Shown one piece after another: positions 37,015 to 47,810 of a DNA stretch of 64,000 bases (the stretch's first letter is position 1; every line of letters starts with the position of its first letter). The translations under genes were made by a program, and so were the position numbers. This DNA is from a bacterium (GTDB taxonomy: Bacteria; Patescibacteriota; Patescibacteriia; UBA1558; S5-K13): NCBI GenBank assembly GCA_029555085.1, contig JAKPTO010000014.1:567-64566 (forward strand), written 5' to 3'. Below the pieces are notes generated by a model. That model had not been told where the DNA came from. It saw nothing but the letters and a program-made list of their open reading frames with translations, and ran no database searches.

Positions 37015-38137
37015 AAATTGAGTTTAATTTTTTTGTTAATTTATGCTCATTAAAATTTTCCTCTACTCTATGTCTTGCATTTTTTGAAAATTCTAATAAG
37101 TTACTGCTAAATAATTTTTCTATTTTTTGTTTTAAATCTAAATAATCGCCTGTTGTAAACGAAAATCCAGTTTTTCCATCAATTGGAACTTCTCTTACTC
37201 CGGGTAAATTCGAATAAATTACTGGTTTTCCACTTGCCATTGCCTCAATTTGAACAATTCCAAATGCTTCACTTCTGGTGAGTGATGGAAATACAAAACA
37301 ATCACAAGTAGAATAATATTTTTTTAATATTTGATTTGACGCATTTCCAACAAAGACTATTTTATTTTCAACTTTTAGTTGTTTTGATAGTTTTTCATAA
37401 TATTCTCGCATATCTCCGCTTCCTATAACAAGCAATCTGTAATCATCGTTTAATTCTTTTAGTGCTTTTATTAATATTTCCAAACCCTTAAAATAATGAG
37501 GAGTATCTAATCCCCCAACAAAAAGCAATATTTTTTTATTATGTAAATTGTGTTGGTTAATAATTTCCAAATTTTTTTCCTGTATTTCAAATTCATCTAA
37601 ATTTACACCAAATGGAAAATTAATTATTTTTGATTGAAATTTATTAAACAATTTAGGAGAATAGGATTTAAAATAATCAAATGTGCTTACCAATATTTTA
37701 TTACTATTTTTAAAGATAATTGGAGTTATAATTTTTTCATAAATTTTAAAAATAAATTGCTTTATTCCTTTGGCCTCTGGAATCATATGCCAAAATACAA
37801 CAATTTTTTTCTTCAATATTTTTGCAAATAAAACTACAAACAACGCAGTTCCATAAAACGGAAAATGTAAATGAATAATATCAGAATTTTTTATATATTT
37901 GTAGGTGTTAATATATCCAGCATTTCCAAATTCAAAAACAGGTTTGATCCTTTTTATTTTTACATTATCAATTATTTCCTCCAATTCAGCTTCTAATTTT
38001 TTATATTTAGGAGTTATAACAACTATTTCATAATTAAAAACATTTCCCATTTTTGCCTGAGACATACAGGCGTTTCCAATACCACTTCTGTATGGCGGGA
38101 AGGCGCATGTGATATGAGTAATGTTTAATTTTTGCAT
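36995..38137 (-). CDS. glycosyltransferase family 4
   Basis: 380 aa; ...FPSLTRSEAFGIVQIEAMASGKPVIYSNLPGVREV. Confidence 0.75.
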   Translation of the reverse strand: MQKLNITHITCAFPPYRSGIGNACMSQAKMGNVFNYEIVVITPKYKKLEAELEEIIDNVKIKRIKPVFEFGNAGYINTYKYIKNSDIIHLHFPFYGTALFVVLFAKILKKKIVVFWHMIPEAKGIKQFIFKIYEKIITPIIFKNSNKILVSTFDYFKSYSPKLFNKFQSKIINFPFGVNLDEFEIQEKNLEIINQHNLHNKKILLFVGGLDTPHYFKGLEILIKALKELNDDYRLLVIGSGDMREYYEKLSKQLKVENKIVFVGNASNQILKKYYSTCDCFVFPSLTRSEAFGIVQIEAMASGKPVIYSNLPGVREVPIDGKTGFSFTTGDYLDLKQKIEKLFSSNLLEFSKNARHRVEENFNEHKLTKKLNSIYENLYN

Positions 38138-38158
38138 AAATTCTTCAAGGTGGTTGGA

Positions 38159-38671
38159 TTATTGTTGTTTGAAAGTTTTTACAATGTTATCAAAATTATC
38201 ATAATCATTATTTATCCACAAATAATTATATTTTTCTCCTCTCAATAAATAAGCTATACTTTTTCCATTATCTTTATAAACAGAACCAGATAAATCATTT
38301 ATTGTTAATGATTCCTCTAAATACGAAGCATAGCTTTGGTCGAGAAATTTTTCTGTTTCTTTTGGTAAAAAAGTGAGAGACATTAATTCTTTGTCATCTT
38401 TTTTTATTACATATTTATCCTCAAGTTCTCCTATTTTTCCAGTGCTGGATTTTTCTATTACTTGATCGCTTAATGTTAAAAATTCATAATTTACATTATC
38501 AAAACTAAAATTATAAATAGAATCCATTTCTATTGTATTTTCTGTTATTTGGGGTTTTTGTTCTTCGTTTTTTACGCTAATTTTTGAGTATAAACGCAAG
38601 CCAAATTTTGCAATAAGTGCAAGCACGATTATTGCAAATAAAATTATTAATGTTTTGTTTTTCATTACCAT
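38159..38671 (-). CDS. membrane-anchored hypothetical protein
   Basis: 170 aa, N-terminal TM. Confidence 0.4.
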   Translation of the reverse strand: MVMKNKTLIILFAIIVLALIAKFGLRLYSKISVKNEEQKPQITENTIEMDSIYNFSFDNVNYEFLTLSDQVIEKSSTGKIGELEDKYVIKKDDKELMSLTFLPKETEKFLDQSYASYLEESLTINDLSGSVYKDNGKSIAYLLRGEKYNYLWINNDYDNFDNIVKTFKQQ

Positions 38672-39714
38672 TTTATAATTAATTTAATTAGATTATAATA
38701 AAGTGTCATTATTGGATTTCCTAAATATTTTAAAATTGGATTATTAATTTCTTGAAAATCAATAATTGGAGTAAATTTTTTTATCATATCAATATCTTTA
38801 ACGGTCCTTAGGGATTGGATTTTTTTTCTTGATGTTTTGAGGTATGACCAATTTTTAGCATTTAGGAAATAAAAATAACTTTTTACTTTATATTTTAACC
38901 ATTTATTTTTTAATGAGAATACCAAAAGAGCAAGTTCCATAATTATCATCATTGGAATAAGTAAAATTTTCGTTGCTGTTTTGTAGTATTTGTGAAAAAC
39001 TATCCACCTGTTTCTTTCTGTGTAATACATTCTCTTCCCAGTCCCGCCAAATTTATATTTGTGATAAATTACAGCGTCTGGATTGATCACATTTTTGTAT
39101 CCTAAAATTTGCGTTTTCCATCCCAAATCTAAGTCCTCTAAATCAAAAAACATTTCATTATCGAAAAGACCTACTTTTTCAATTAATTTTACTCTCGTCA
39201 TAACACAAGCACCTGAACAATAATTTACTTCGCTGAATTGAATTTGTCCCGTATCTACTACTCCATTTAGTGTACTATAACCAAATCCTAAATAATTGAT
39301 TTTATTCCCCGCTGTATTGATTTTGTTTGTTTCTGGGTGGAGCATGATTTTTGGTTGCAAGCAAGCTATTTCTGGATGATCCTCCATGGTTTTTGCTAAA
39401 ATATTTAACCAATCAGGCGTTACAATAACATCTTGATTTAACACAAGTATGTAATCGTAATTATTTTCTATTGCCCAATTTGCTCCACAATTATTGCCAC
39501 CTGTGTATCCTAAATTTTCCTTGTTCTCTATAAATTTTGCAAAAGGCATTCTTTCTTTTGCATAATTTAATGATTCATCTGTTGAATTGTTATCAACAAA
39601 AACAAGTTTCCATAAATCAGCTGGATATTTTGTTAATTTCAAGGAGTCAAAAAGATCTGGCATGTATTTCATGCCATTATAATTGGTAACGATTACCGCG
39701 ATTTTTTTGTTCAT
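38665..39714 (-). CDS. glycosyltransferase family 2 with C-terminal TM region
   Basis: 349 aa; IAVIVTNYNGMKYMPDLFDSL...FVDNNSTDES GT2 N-terminus; DxD region. Confidence 0.75.
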   Translation of the reverse strand: MNKKIAVIVTNYNGMKYMPDLFDSLKLTKYPADLWKLVFVDNNSTDESLNYAKERMPFAKFIENKENLGYTGGNNCGANWAIENNYDYILVLNQDVIVTPDWLNILAKTMEDHPEIACLQPKIMLHPETNKINTAGNKINYLGFGYSTLNGVVDTGQIQFSEVNYCSGACVMTRVKLIEKVGLFDNEMFFDLEDLDLGWKTQILGYKNVINPDAVIYHKYKFGGTGKRMYYTERNRWIVFHKYYKTATKILLIPMMIIMELALLVFSLKNKWLKYKVKSYFYFLNAKNWSYLKTSRKKIQSLRTVKDIDMIKKFTPIIDFQEINNPILKYLGNPIMTLYYNLIKLIIKW

Positions 39715-39719
39715 TTTAT

Positions 39720-40073
39720 TTAATTGTTAATATTATTTTCTCTTTTATCTTGTGCGTTATTTATAGCAATTTTTCTGGTAATTTTTGTAATATTCGTGTC
39801 AATTTTTTCAATACGAGAATAGATCCTAAATATTTGATAAAAAATTACTATAATTGATATATAAATTACAAAATCCGCGCCACGACCTATTCCAAATTGA
39901 TTTGCAATTTGAGTGGCTAATTCTGGACGCCAAAAAACAATTCCAACAGCAACCCAAATCAAAAACCAAAACAAAAATCCAGCTCTAGAAATTCTAGATT
40001 TTTTTAATTGCTTTATCAAATTTAAAACTGCAAAAACAAGAAATATTGTTATTATAATTTTTAAAATTGTCAT
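39720..40073 (-). CDS. DUF2304-family small membrane protein (companion of polyprenyl-phosphate GT2)
   Basis: 117 aa; 3 TM; GIGRGADFVIYISIIVIFYQIFRIYSRIEKID matches DUF2304 pattern. Confidence 0.6.
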   Translation of the reverse strand: MTILKIIITIFLVFAVLNLIKQLKKSRISRAGFLFWFLIWVAVGIVFWRPELATQIANQFGIGRGADFVIYISIIVIFYQIFRIYSRIEKIDTNITKITRKIAINNAQDKRENNINN

Positions 40074-40744
40074 CGAAATATTTTTTTAATAATTAAATCT
40101 TTTACTATGGTAATTCCCCCAGAAAAGTTTTGACCGAATCTATTATATATTACAGTCATGGGCACTTCTTTTATTTTTAATTTATATTTAAATGCTTTGT
40201 GTAGTATTTCGCTACAATGAGCTTTTCTATCATGCTCTATTTTAATTTTTTCCGCGGATTCACGCGTCATTGCACGAAACCCCGATTGTGGGTCTGTAGT
40301 TTTTATTCCAAACATTATTTTATTCACAATTCTTGCAAGTGGAAATATTATATTTTTTTTACTCCAAGGAATTTCTGATTGCTTTTCCATAAACCTGGAA
40401 CCAAAAACAATATCATAATCCCCGTTCATTATTGGATTTATTAAATCTTTTATTTCGTTGACTAAAAATTGTCCGTCAGCATCAAAATGAACTATAATAT
40501 CAGCTCCATTTTTGAGCGCATAATCATTTCCGGTCTGTAAACTTGCGCCTTGATCTCTGTTTATAATGTGCTCTAATAATACAACTGGATATTTTTTTAC
40601 AATTTCAGATGTTTTATCAGTAGAACTATCATTAATAACTACAATATTTTCATATTGTGTTGTAAGTTCATCGAGCACTGAAGAAATATTTTTTTCTTCA
40701 TTCCATGCAGGTATTATTATAAATATTTTTTTATTATTTTCCAT
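40070..40744 (-). CDS. polyprenyl-phosphate glycosyltransferase (DPM1-like GT2)
   Basis: 224 aa; IFIIIPAWNEEKNISSVLDEL...VINDSSTDKT. Confidence 0.75.
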   Translation of the reverse strand: MENNKKIFIIIPAWNEEKNISSVLDELTTQYENIVVINDSSTDKTSEIVKKYPVVLLEHIINRDQGASLQTGNDYALKNGADIIVHFDADGQFLVNEIKDLINPIMNGDYDIVFGSRFMEKQSEIPWSKKNIIFPLARIVNKIMFGIKTTDPQSGFRAMTRESAEKIKIEHDRKAHCSEILHKAFKYKLKIKEVPMTVIYNRFGQNFSGGITIVKDLIIKKIFR

Positions 40745-41814
40745 TATATTAAAGATTCTTTAAGGGATTCTTTTATTTTTTGAAATGTTTGTGTGTCTAT
40801 AGGTTTTCTTATGAGAAAATCTTTTTGATCTACTGAAGATTTTTCTGATTCTGTTTCATATCTTGGAGTGTTGTCATCTATCGTTGGTTTAATGATTTTT
40901 GAGTATAAATCATTATTTTCCCCACATTCTTCTTTTTTAAATCCAAGTTTTCCATTTTCTCCATAAACAGATTGCCATCTTATTTGCTCTTCTTCTTTCG
41001 TTTTCAATTCTTGTTCATTATATTTTTTATTCTTAATATCTTCTTTTATTCTTCTCAGATTTGCATTTTCAACTTTCCATTTTATATTAAAATTTGAGCC
41101 AAATAAAGATTGTTTTTGTTCATTAGCTACTATTGTTAATACTTTTTCAAATACTCTATCAATCGCCGTAGAAAATCCGCCTCCTCTTATTTTTGTTATT
41201 ATCTCCCCAGACGCCTCTAGACTGCAATTATCCTCAGATATACTTTTTAGGTCAGAGAATCTGAAACCAATTATTTTATTTGTTAAGTCTTTTGCTATAA
41301 GTACTAATCTTTGCCTTATTTCGCCACCAACACTTTCAAGAGTAAATGGTGTAGTATCAAACCAAGTTAAGGTATCACAAAATACATCTTGACCACTGCT
41401 TGTTTTTTCTGCAAAAGATCCATATGTGCTTACATAACCTTTCTCAACACTAGCCTCCGGCTTTTCAAGATCTTTCAGTAATTGATTTACGTGTTCTATC
41501 CATTGTTTTTTCCCCATTTCCTCCCCCACTTTTTCTAATACTTCCTTTTCAATATTTTGTATTTTTTCGTTTGCAATTTGCAATGCTTTAATTATTTCGT
41601 TATTTGATTCACTTATTGTGCTCTTTACCTCGGAATTACTATCGAACTGTTGTGATAAATTTTTAGCATCTTCTAGTGCATTATTAGTTATTTCCTTAAC
41701 TTCCCCTCTGGTTTCCTCAATTTTTTCTTCATCTGTTTTTTTTACCTCTTTTTCGATTGTTTCTGTTTGTTCAACTGATGATATGTTTTCTTGTTGGTTG
41801 GCGTTTTCCGACAT
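40744..41814 (-). CDS. acidic coiled-coil hypothetical protein
   Basis: 356 aa; Glu/Lys-rich, no recognised domain. Confidence 0.4.
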   Translation of the reverse strand: MSENANQQENISSVEQTETIEKEVKKTDEEKIEETRGEVKEITNNALEDAKNLSQQFDSNSEVKSTISESNNEIIKALQIANEKIQNIEKEVLEKVGEEMGKKQWIEHVNQLLKDLEKPEASVEKGYVSTYGSFAEKTSSGQDVFCDTLTWFDTTPFTLESVGGEIRQRLVLIAKDLTNKIIGFRFSDLKSISEDNCSLEASGEIITKIRGGGFSTAIDRVFEKVLTIVANEQKQSLFGSNFNIKWKVENANLRRIKEDIKNKKYNEQELKTKEEEQIRWQSVYGENGKLGFKKEECGENNDLYSKIIKPTIDDNTPRYETESEKSSVDQKDFLIRKPIDTQTFQKIKESLKESLI

Positions 41815-41972
41815 ATTTTATTTTAAATTATTTCGAATATTTTTAATTTTTTCCTCGTCTTGTTTCTGAATTATTTTATTTATTTTGATGTTACGGTTTT
41901 TTATAATAGCATTTATTGACTGAATAAAATTGTTTTTAATTATTTTTAATTTTTCAGTAATTGATAACATGG

Positions 41973-42887
41973 CTATTTAACATTTTTAAAATATTCAATG
42001 GTTTCTAATATTCCATCATTTAAACTTATTTTTGGAGTCCAGCCAATTTGTTCTTTTATTTTTTTAGAAGATAATTGACTTTTTACAACTTCGCCTTTTA
42101 TTGATGGTTTGTATTCTGGAGTGAGATTTGAGTTTGTTAATTTTCTTATTTTTTCATATAGGTTTATGATTGAAATATCGTTTGATGTTCCAATATTATA
42201 GATTTCATTTTTTGCTTTCTGAGCCAAGATAAGCGCATTCACAACATCTTTAACATATACAAAATCTCTGGATTGGTCACCACCATTAATATAACATTGT
42301 TTATTTTGCAATAAATTGCTTATAAATATCGCAATGACTCCCGCTTCTCCATGTGGATCTTGACGGGGTCCATATATGTTCGCTGGTCTTATTATTACAT
42401 AATTTAACCCATGGACTTTTTGATAAAAATTTAAGTATTTTTCAATTGCGAATTTTGATACAGCATAAGGACTAAGTGGTTTTGCTTCACATTCTTCATT
42501 CGTTGGAAAAAAATCAGCGGCATCATAAATTGCTCCACCAGTTGATGTAAATATTATTTTTTCAATTTTATATTTTACGCAATTGTCTAATAAATTTAAT
42601 GCGCCGAGTATGTTTATATCTGCATCTTCAATTGGGTTTTTTAAAGAATATGGAACACTTTTTTGAGCTGCTATGTGGTATACAATATCAAAGTTATGTT
42701 TATCAAAAATTTTTGATATTTTTTTATTTCTAATATCTGTTTTATAAAATGTTGCGAATTTATTAATAAATTCTTTTTTACCTGTTGATAAATCATCTAT
42801 TATAACAACTTCATGTTTATCATTGATTAATTTATCAACTAAGTGTGAGCCAACAAATCCAGCTCCGCCAGTTACTAATATTTTCAT
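41973..42887 (-). CDS. NAD-dependent sugar nucleotide epimerase/dehydratase (GalE-like SDR)
   Basis: 304 aa; MKILVTGGAGFVGSHLVDKL; YxxxK. Confidence 0.75.
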   Translation of the reverse strand: MKILVTGGAGFVGSHLVDKLINDKHEVVIIDDLSTGKKEFINKFATFYKTDIRNKKISKIFDKHNFDIVYHIAAQKSVPYSLKNPIEDADINILGALNLLDNCVKYKIEKIIFTSTGGAIYDAADFFPTNEECEAKPLSPYAVSKFAIEKYLNFYQKVHGLNYVIIRPANIYGPRQDPHGEAGVIAIFISNLLQNKQCYINGGDQSRDFVYVKDVVNALILAQKAKNEIYNIGTSNDISIINLYEKIRKLTNSNLTPEYKPSIKGEVVKSQLSSKKIKEQIGWTPKISLNDGILETIEYFKNVK

Positions 42888-42901
42888 ATATTTAGCTTTA
42901 G

Positions 42902-44065
42902 CTATTTATTATTTAAATATTGTTTTAATTCATCTACTTTGTCTAATTTTTCCCATGGTAAATTAAGATCGTTTCTTCCGAAATGACCATAAGTCGCAGT
43001 TTGTGCATAAATTGGTTTTAGTAGATCTAGATTTTTTATTATACCACTTGGAGTAAAATCAAAATGTTTTTTGATTATTTCTAAAATTTGTTCTTCCGGA
43101 ATTTTATTTGTTTCAAAACAATTTATCATTATTGAAACTGGTTTTGGATAACCAATAGCATAAGAAACCTCTATTTCTGCTCTATCAGCAAGACCTGCTG
43201 CTACTATATTTTTCACAGCATAACGAGCCATATAAGCTCCGCTTCTATCTTGTTTGTTTGGTCCTTTACCAGAAAAACATCCTCCGCCATGGCGACCCAT
43301 TCCACCATAAGTATCAACTATAATTTTTCTTCCAGTAAGTCCTGTGTCCGCAGCTGGTCCACCTTTTACAAATCTACCGGTTTCATTTACTAAAATTTTG
43401 ATATTGTCATTAAAATAATCACCGAGCACGGGTTTTATAACATGATTTTTTATGTCTTCCCTGAGTTGTTCTAAGGATATTTTTTCATCATGCTGGGCCG
43501 CTATTACAACAGTGTGTACGCTGTTTGGTTTACCATCTACATATTCTATTGTAATTTGTGATTTTCCATCTGGTCTTAAATATTTTAGCGTTCCGTTTTT
43601 TCTTACTTCAGCTAATCTTTGAGTCAATTTGTGTGCCATTGTAATTGGAAGTGGCATGAATTCCTCTGTTTCGTTGCAAGCATAACCAAACACCATGCCC
43701 TGGTCTCCAGCACCCATTTCTTTGTATTGTAGGTGTTCATGTTTTTCGCCCTGAGCAATGTCACTAGATTGTTCATCAATGGTTGTTATAACTGCGCAAC
43801 TCTTACAGTCAATTCCGTAATCAGGATTTGTATATCCAATTTTTTTCAATGTTTCTCTTACAATTTTTGGGATATCAACATAGGTGTTTGTTGTAATTTC
43901 ACCACCAACAATAACAAGACCTGTTGTCGTAAAAACTTCACAGCAACAATGACCATGCATATCTCCTTTTAAAATTTCATCTAAAATTGTGTCACTTATT
44001 TGATCACAGACTTTGTCTGGATGTCCTTCTGTGACTGATTCTGATGTAAATAAATATTTTTTCAT
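42902..44065 (-). CDS. metK: S-adenosylmethionine synthetase
   Basis: 387 aa; [29 protein letters not shown]-like motif. Confidence 0.9.
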   Translation of the reverse strand: MKKYLFTSESVTEGHPDKVCDQISDTILDEILKGDMHGHCCCEVFTTTGLVIVGGEITTNTYVDIPKIVRETLKKIGYTNPDYGIDCKSCAVITTIDEQSSDIAQGEKHEHLQYKEMGAGDQGMVFGYACNETEEFMPLPITMAHKLTQRLAEVRKNGTLKYLRPDGKSQITIEYVDGKPNSVHTVVIAAQHDEKISLEQLREDIKNHVIKPVLGDYFNDNIKILVNETGRFVKGGPAADTGLTGRKIIVDTYGGMGRHGGGCFSGKGPNKQDRSGAYMARYAVKNIVAAGLADRAEIEVSYAIGYPKPVSIMINCFETNKIPEEQILEIIKKHFDFTPSGIIKNLDLLKPIYAQTATYGHFGRNDLNLPWEKLDKVDELKQYLNNK

Positions 44066-44076
44066 TGTTTTATTGA

Positions 44077-45153
44077 TTATTTATTATTAAAAGGGCTTAA
44101 TTTTACTTTTTCCCTTTGAAAATGTTCTATTGTTGTTTTTAGTCCATTAACAAGTGGTGTCATCGGCATCCACGATAGAGTTTCTTTCGCCTTGTTAATG
44201 TTTGGAAATAATTTTCTTTGAAAATTTTCAAAATCATCCTGAAAAACAATTTTTGAGTTTGATCCCATAATTTGTATTATTGTTTCTGCAACATGTTTTA
44301 TGTTTATTTCATCCGGGTGACCTAAATTAATTGGTTCAAATACTGGACTATCTATAAGTTTTAATAATCCATCTATTAAATCATCAACATAGCAAAAAGA
44401 ACTGACTGAGTTTTCGTCTCCATTTATTACAATATCTCTATTTTCCATTGCATTATTTATAAAATCAGGAATCATTCTTCCATCTCCCAGAATCATTTTT
44501 GGTCCATATGTAGAAAATATTCTTGCAATGCTTATATCGAGATTAAACTTTTCATGATATGTTTTTACCATCATTTCAGCAAATCTTTTCCCCTCATTAT
44601 ATGGAGCTCTTGGCTCTAAATGGTCTGTTTTCCCATAATATGATTCAATTATAGGTTCTGTTACATCCTCTGCATTTCCATATATAGCAGAAGAAGAGGC
44701 AAATAAAAATTTTGCCTTATATTTTACTGCTAAATCTAGTGCATTTTTCAATGCTATTGAATTTGCATCTATTGTTTCTACTGAAAATTTAGACAAATCT
44801 TTGTAAGAAGTAGGGCAAGCAAGATATATTACATCTTGGATGCCTTGAAATTGTATTCTAAATTTATCTAGTTCTGACATGGATTCTAGATCAATTTTTT
44901 CACTCATATCATGTTTTATAAAAGCAAAATCAGGAAACTGAGTTAATATTTCTATGTTTTCAAATTTTCCAGTTACGAAATTATCAATACATATTACTTT
45001 ATTTTTTTCTAATAAATACTCTATTAAATTTGACCCTATAAATCCGGCTCCGCCTATGACTAATATGTTTTTTTTGTCAAAAATGACTCTCTTTTGATTA
45101 TCCACTTTTGGATTTTTTTTAAATATATTTAGCATATTTTTGTTCCCAATCAA
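44077..45153 (-). CDS. UDP-glucuronate decarboxylase-like NAD-dependent epimerase/dehydratase
   Basis: 358 aa; [14 protein letters not shown]...; similarity to UXS/ArnA-C family. Confidence 0.6.
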   Translation of the reverse strand: MIGNKNMLNIFKKNPKVDNQKRVIFDKKNILVIGGAGFIGSNLIEYLLEKNKVICIDNFVTGKFENIEILTQFPDFAFIKHDMSEKIDLESMSELDKFRIQFQGIQDVIYLACPTSYKDLSKFSVETIDANSIALKNALDLAVKYKAKFLFASSSAIYGNAEDVTEPIIESYYGKTDHLEPRAPYNEGKRFAEMMVKTYHEKFNLDISIARIFSTYGPKMILGDGRMIPDFINNAMENRDIVINGDENSVSSFCYVDDLIDGLLKLIDSPVFEPINLGHPDEINIKHVAETIIQIMGSNSKIVFQDDFENFQRKLFPNINKAKETLSWMPMTPLVNGLKTTIEHFQREKVKLSPFNNK

Positions 45154-45169
45154 ATGGGTTTTAAAATTA

Positions 45170-45598
45170 TTAATTTTTATCTAATTTATTTTTTTTAAAC
45201 ACTTTTTGTTTATACATAATAAAATTCCAAATCATTCCAAGTATTGTTCCTAAAATTTTTCCAAGTATATCTGAAATACCAAAATAATGAACACTTACAA
45301 CAAGACATGCTCCAGATATCAATAAAGAGATTATTGTTACGGAAACAAAACTAAGATATTTTTTTATTATGTTTTGATTATCAGATTGAAATGTGAGATT
45401 TTTATTCATTATAAAACTAAACATATTAGCTACAAAGAAAGAAGATATGTGCGCTATTATGTAATATTTTGTAAAAAATTCACAATTTCTTGTTAGAGAT
45501 ATGTATATAAAAAAATCAATAACCGTATTGATGAGGCCAATAATTCCAAATTTTATTATTTGAATAATTAAATTTTTATATTTATTTATTAAATTCAT
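45170..45598 (-). CDS. GtrA-family membrane protein
   Basis: 142 aa, 4 TM; FGIIGLINTVIDFFIY. Confidence 0.65.
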   Translation of the reverse strand: MNLINKYKNLIIQIIKFGIIGLINTVIDFFIYISLTRNCEFFTKYYIIAHISSFFVANMFSFIMNKNLTFQSDNQNIIKKYLSFVSVTIISLLISGACLVVSVHYFGISDILGKILGTILGMIWNFIMYKQKVFKKNKLDKN

Positions 45599-47762
45599 CT
45601 TTTTTTAATAAACCTATATAAGATCCATAGTTTTGATTTTTATTATATGCGAAAAATTCATTTATTAATTTTCCACTTTTTTCGAAAATTTTTATATGTG
45701 CTCCACCACCAATACCAGGGGAAGTTATTATTTCATTTTGATAATCAGAGTCAACATCATAAATTTTTACATATACTTCTTTTTTATACGATGATTGGTA
45801 TGCCATAAAACTATTTATTAGTTCTCTTTTTGAATTATATATTAAAATATATGAAGAACTACCACTTTTAGGAGCAACAGCTATTTGCGCCTCATTTAAA
45901 AAATTATCTGTTTTACAATCAATATTTAATCCACCTCTAAAATTTTTATTACCAGCAAAAAAATTATCTTTTAAGCCGCCATTTTTATCAAAAATTTTAA
46001 TATGTGGTCCACCTCCAATCCCAGGAGCTGTTATTATTTCCATTTGTTTATCATTGTCATAGTCGCATACAGACACAGATAGTCCAAATTTATAATCTTT
46101 GTTATATGCATAGAAACTATTCAATAAAGTTCCTTGAAAATCATATATTTCTAATTTTGGTTCATTTGAATGTCCGATAATTATTTTCTCTCTTTTTGTA
46201 TTATATAAATCCCCTATGGATATTGAAGGTATTGATTTTGATTTTATTGTAAATTTTGCGAGCAATTTAAATTCATTGGAATATGTGTATATTACAGCAT
46301 TTGGCGCGCGAAATGACATTATAATTATTTCTTGTTTTCCATCTCCATCTACATCCCCAGATTCAACTCTGTGATAATTATAATTATTAGATGGAAGAAT
46401 TTTTTCAAGACTTGTTTTCGTTTTTTGATTAAATATTTTTATATTTAATTTATTAGAATAGTTTTGAGTAGTTATTATGGAGATTTCTTTATTAGCCTTA
46501 TGTCTCCGAGCTTCTATTATTGCCTGATTTACATCTAGCAAACCAAAACCAATTTGTTTTCTGTGACTAAAATTTTTAAAGGAAATATTTTTTGCACTGT
46601 CTTTTAATATTTGAATTATTTCCTCATTGGAAAATGTTCTGTCTATTGATTTTATAAGTGCAACTGCTCCAGTTACCATTGGCGCTGCGTATGATGTTCC
46701 ATATTGTGAATTGCCATATTTTTTTGAAAAAGCACTAAGCTGTGGTTGATAAACCTTGGTGCTGTAAATATTTTCTCCTGGTGCTAATATATCTATGCAA
46801 GATTCACCATAATTTGAAAAAGTAGATAATTGATTATCTTTATCCACAGAACCAACTCCAATTACAGTATTTTTCCCTAAGTCATAACATATGGGATATT
46901 TAGGATTTTTTGTTAAATCAGTTCCTGCGCCCATTTCATTTCCAGATGAAGCAACTACTATAACGCCTGCGTTGTAAGCTCTTTCTATAGAATTTCTTAG
47001 TATTTCATCATCATTATCACCTACAAAACTAAGATTAATTATATTTGCGCCGTTTTTTATAGCATAATCAATAGCGCGAGCTACATCATAGGTATTGCCA
47101 TTTCCTTGACTATCTAGTGCGCGAAGCGACATCATTTTTATTTTCCAAGCTACTCCAGTAATGCCCTCTTTATTACCACCAACAGCTCCGATTATTCCAG
47201 CAACTGCAGTTCCGTGATTTACCGCATGTTTATTGTACCCAACACTTAATTTAACACTATTATCAGATTTATTATTAACAAAATCCCATCCATAATAATC
47301 ATCAATATAGCCATTTTGATCATTATCAATTCCGTCATCTGGAATTTCTTTTCCGTTTTTCCAAATATTATCTTTTAAATCTGGGTGATTATAGTCAATT
47401 CCAGTATCAATTACAGCAACAATAACATCGTTTGCATCGGTTACCCAAGTCCAGGCTTGTTCAGCGTTTATTTGCTTTAAATAATCTTGAGAAATATATT
47501 CAGGATCATTTGGGTATGCAGATATATGATAATTATAATTTTGAGAAATTGATTTAATTTTTGGGTTAGATAATATTCTTTGTTTTACATTATCAAAATT
47601 ATCTAGAGAGATGTTTATTTTTCTAATGTCATTGTTTGTGGATTGTATTATAAATTCCCCAGTATTTTTATTCTGTATATCAAAAAAATAGGTAGAAAAT
47701 AAACACACCACTATTACTAAAAACATACCGATTTTGTTTTTGAAAATCAGTTTCATATACAA
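45582..47762 (-). CDS. secreted subtilisin-like serine protease (S8) with C-terminal FG-GAP/VCBS-like repeats
   Basis: 726 aa; catalytic triad contexts AVIDTGID, HGTAVAGIIG, GTSYAAPMVTGAVAL; C-terminal repeated DxDGDG/FG-GAP-like segments. Confidence 0.75.
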   Translation of the reverse strand: MYMKLIFKNKIGMFLVIVVCLFSTYFFDIQNKNTGEFIIQSTNNDIRKINISLDNFDNVKQRILSNPKIKSISQNYNYHISAYPNDPEYISQDYLKQINAEQAWTWVTDANDVIVAVIDTGIDYNHPDLKDNIWKNGKEIPDDGIDNDQNGYIDDYYGWDFVNNKSDNSVKLSVGYNKHAVNHGTAVAGIIGAVGGNKEGITGVAWKIKMMSLRALDSQGNGNTYDVARAIDYAIKNGANIINLSFVGDNDDEILRNSIERAYNAGVIVVASSGNEMGAGTDLTKNPKYPICYDLGKNTVIGVGSVDKDNQLSTFSNYGESCIDILAPGENIYSTKVYQPQLSAFSKKYGNSQYGTSYAAPMVTGAVALIKSIDRTFSNEEIIQILKDSAKNISFKNFSHRKQIGFGLLDVNQAIIEARRHKANKEISIITTQNYSNKLNIKIFNQKTKTSLEKILPSNNYNYHRVESGDVDGDGKQEIIIMSFRAPNAVIYTYSNEFKLLAKFTIKSKSIPSISIGDLYNTKREKIIIGHSNEPKLEIYDFQGTLLNSFYAYNKDYKFGLSVSVCDYDNDKQMEIITAPGIGGGPHIKIFDKNGGLKDNFFAGNKNFRGGLNIDCKTDNFLNEAQIAVAPKSGSSSYILIYNSKRELINSFMAYQSSYKKEVYVKIYDVDSDYQNEIITSPGIGGGAHIKIFEKSGKLINEFFAYNKNQNYGSYIGLLKKDEFNK

Positions 47763-47810
47763 TAAATTATATGCTATTTTTTATAATATAGCAAAGTTTT
47801 AGAGTGTAAA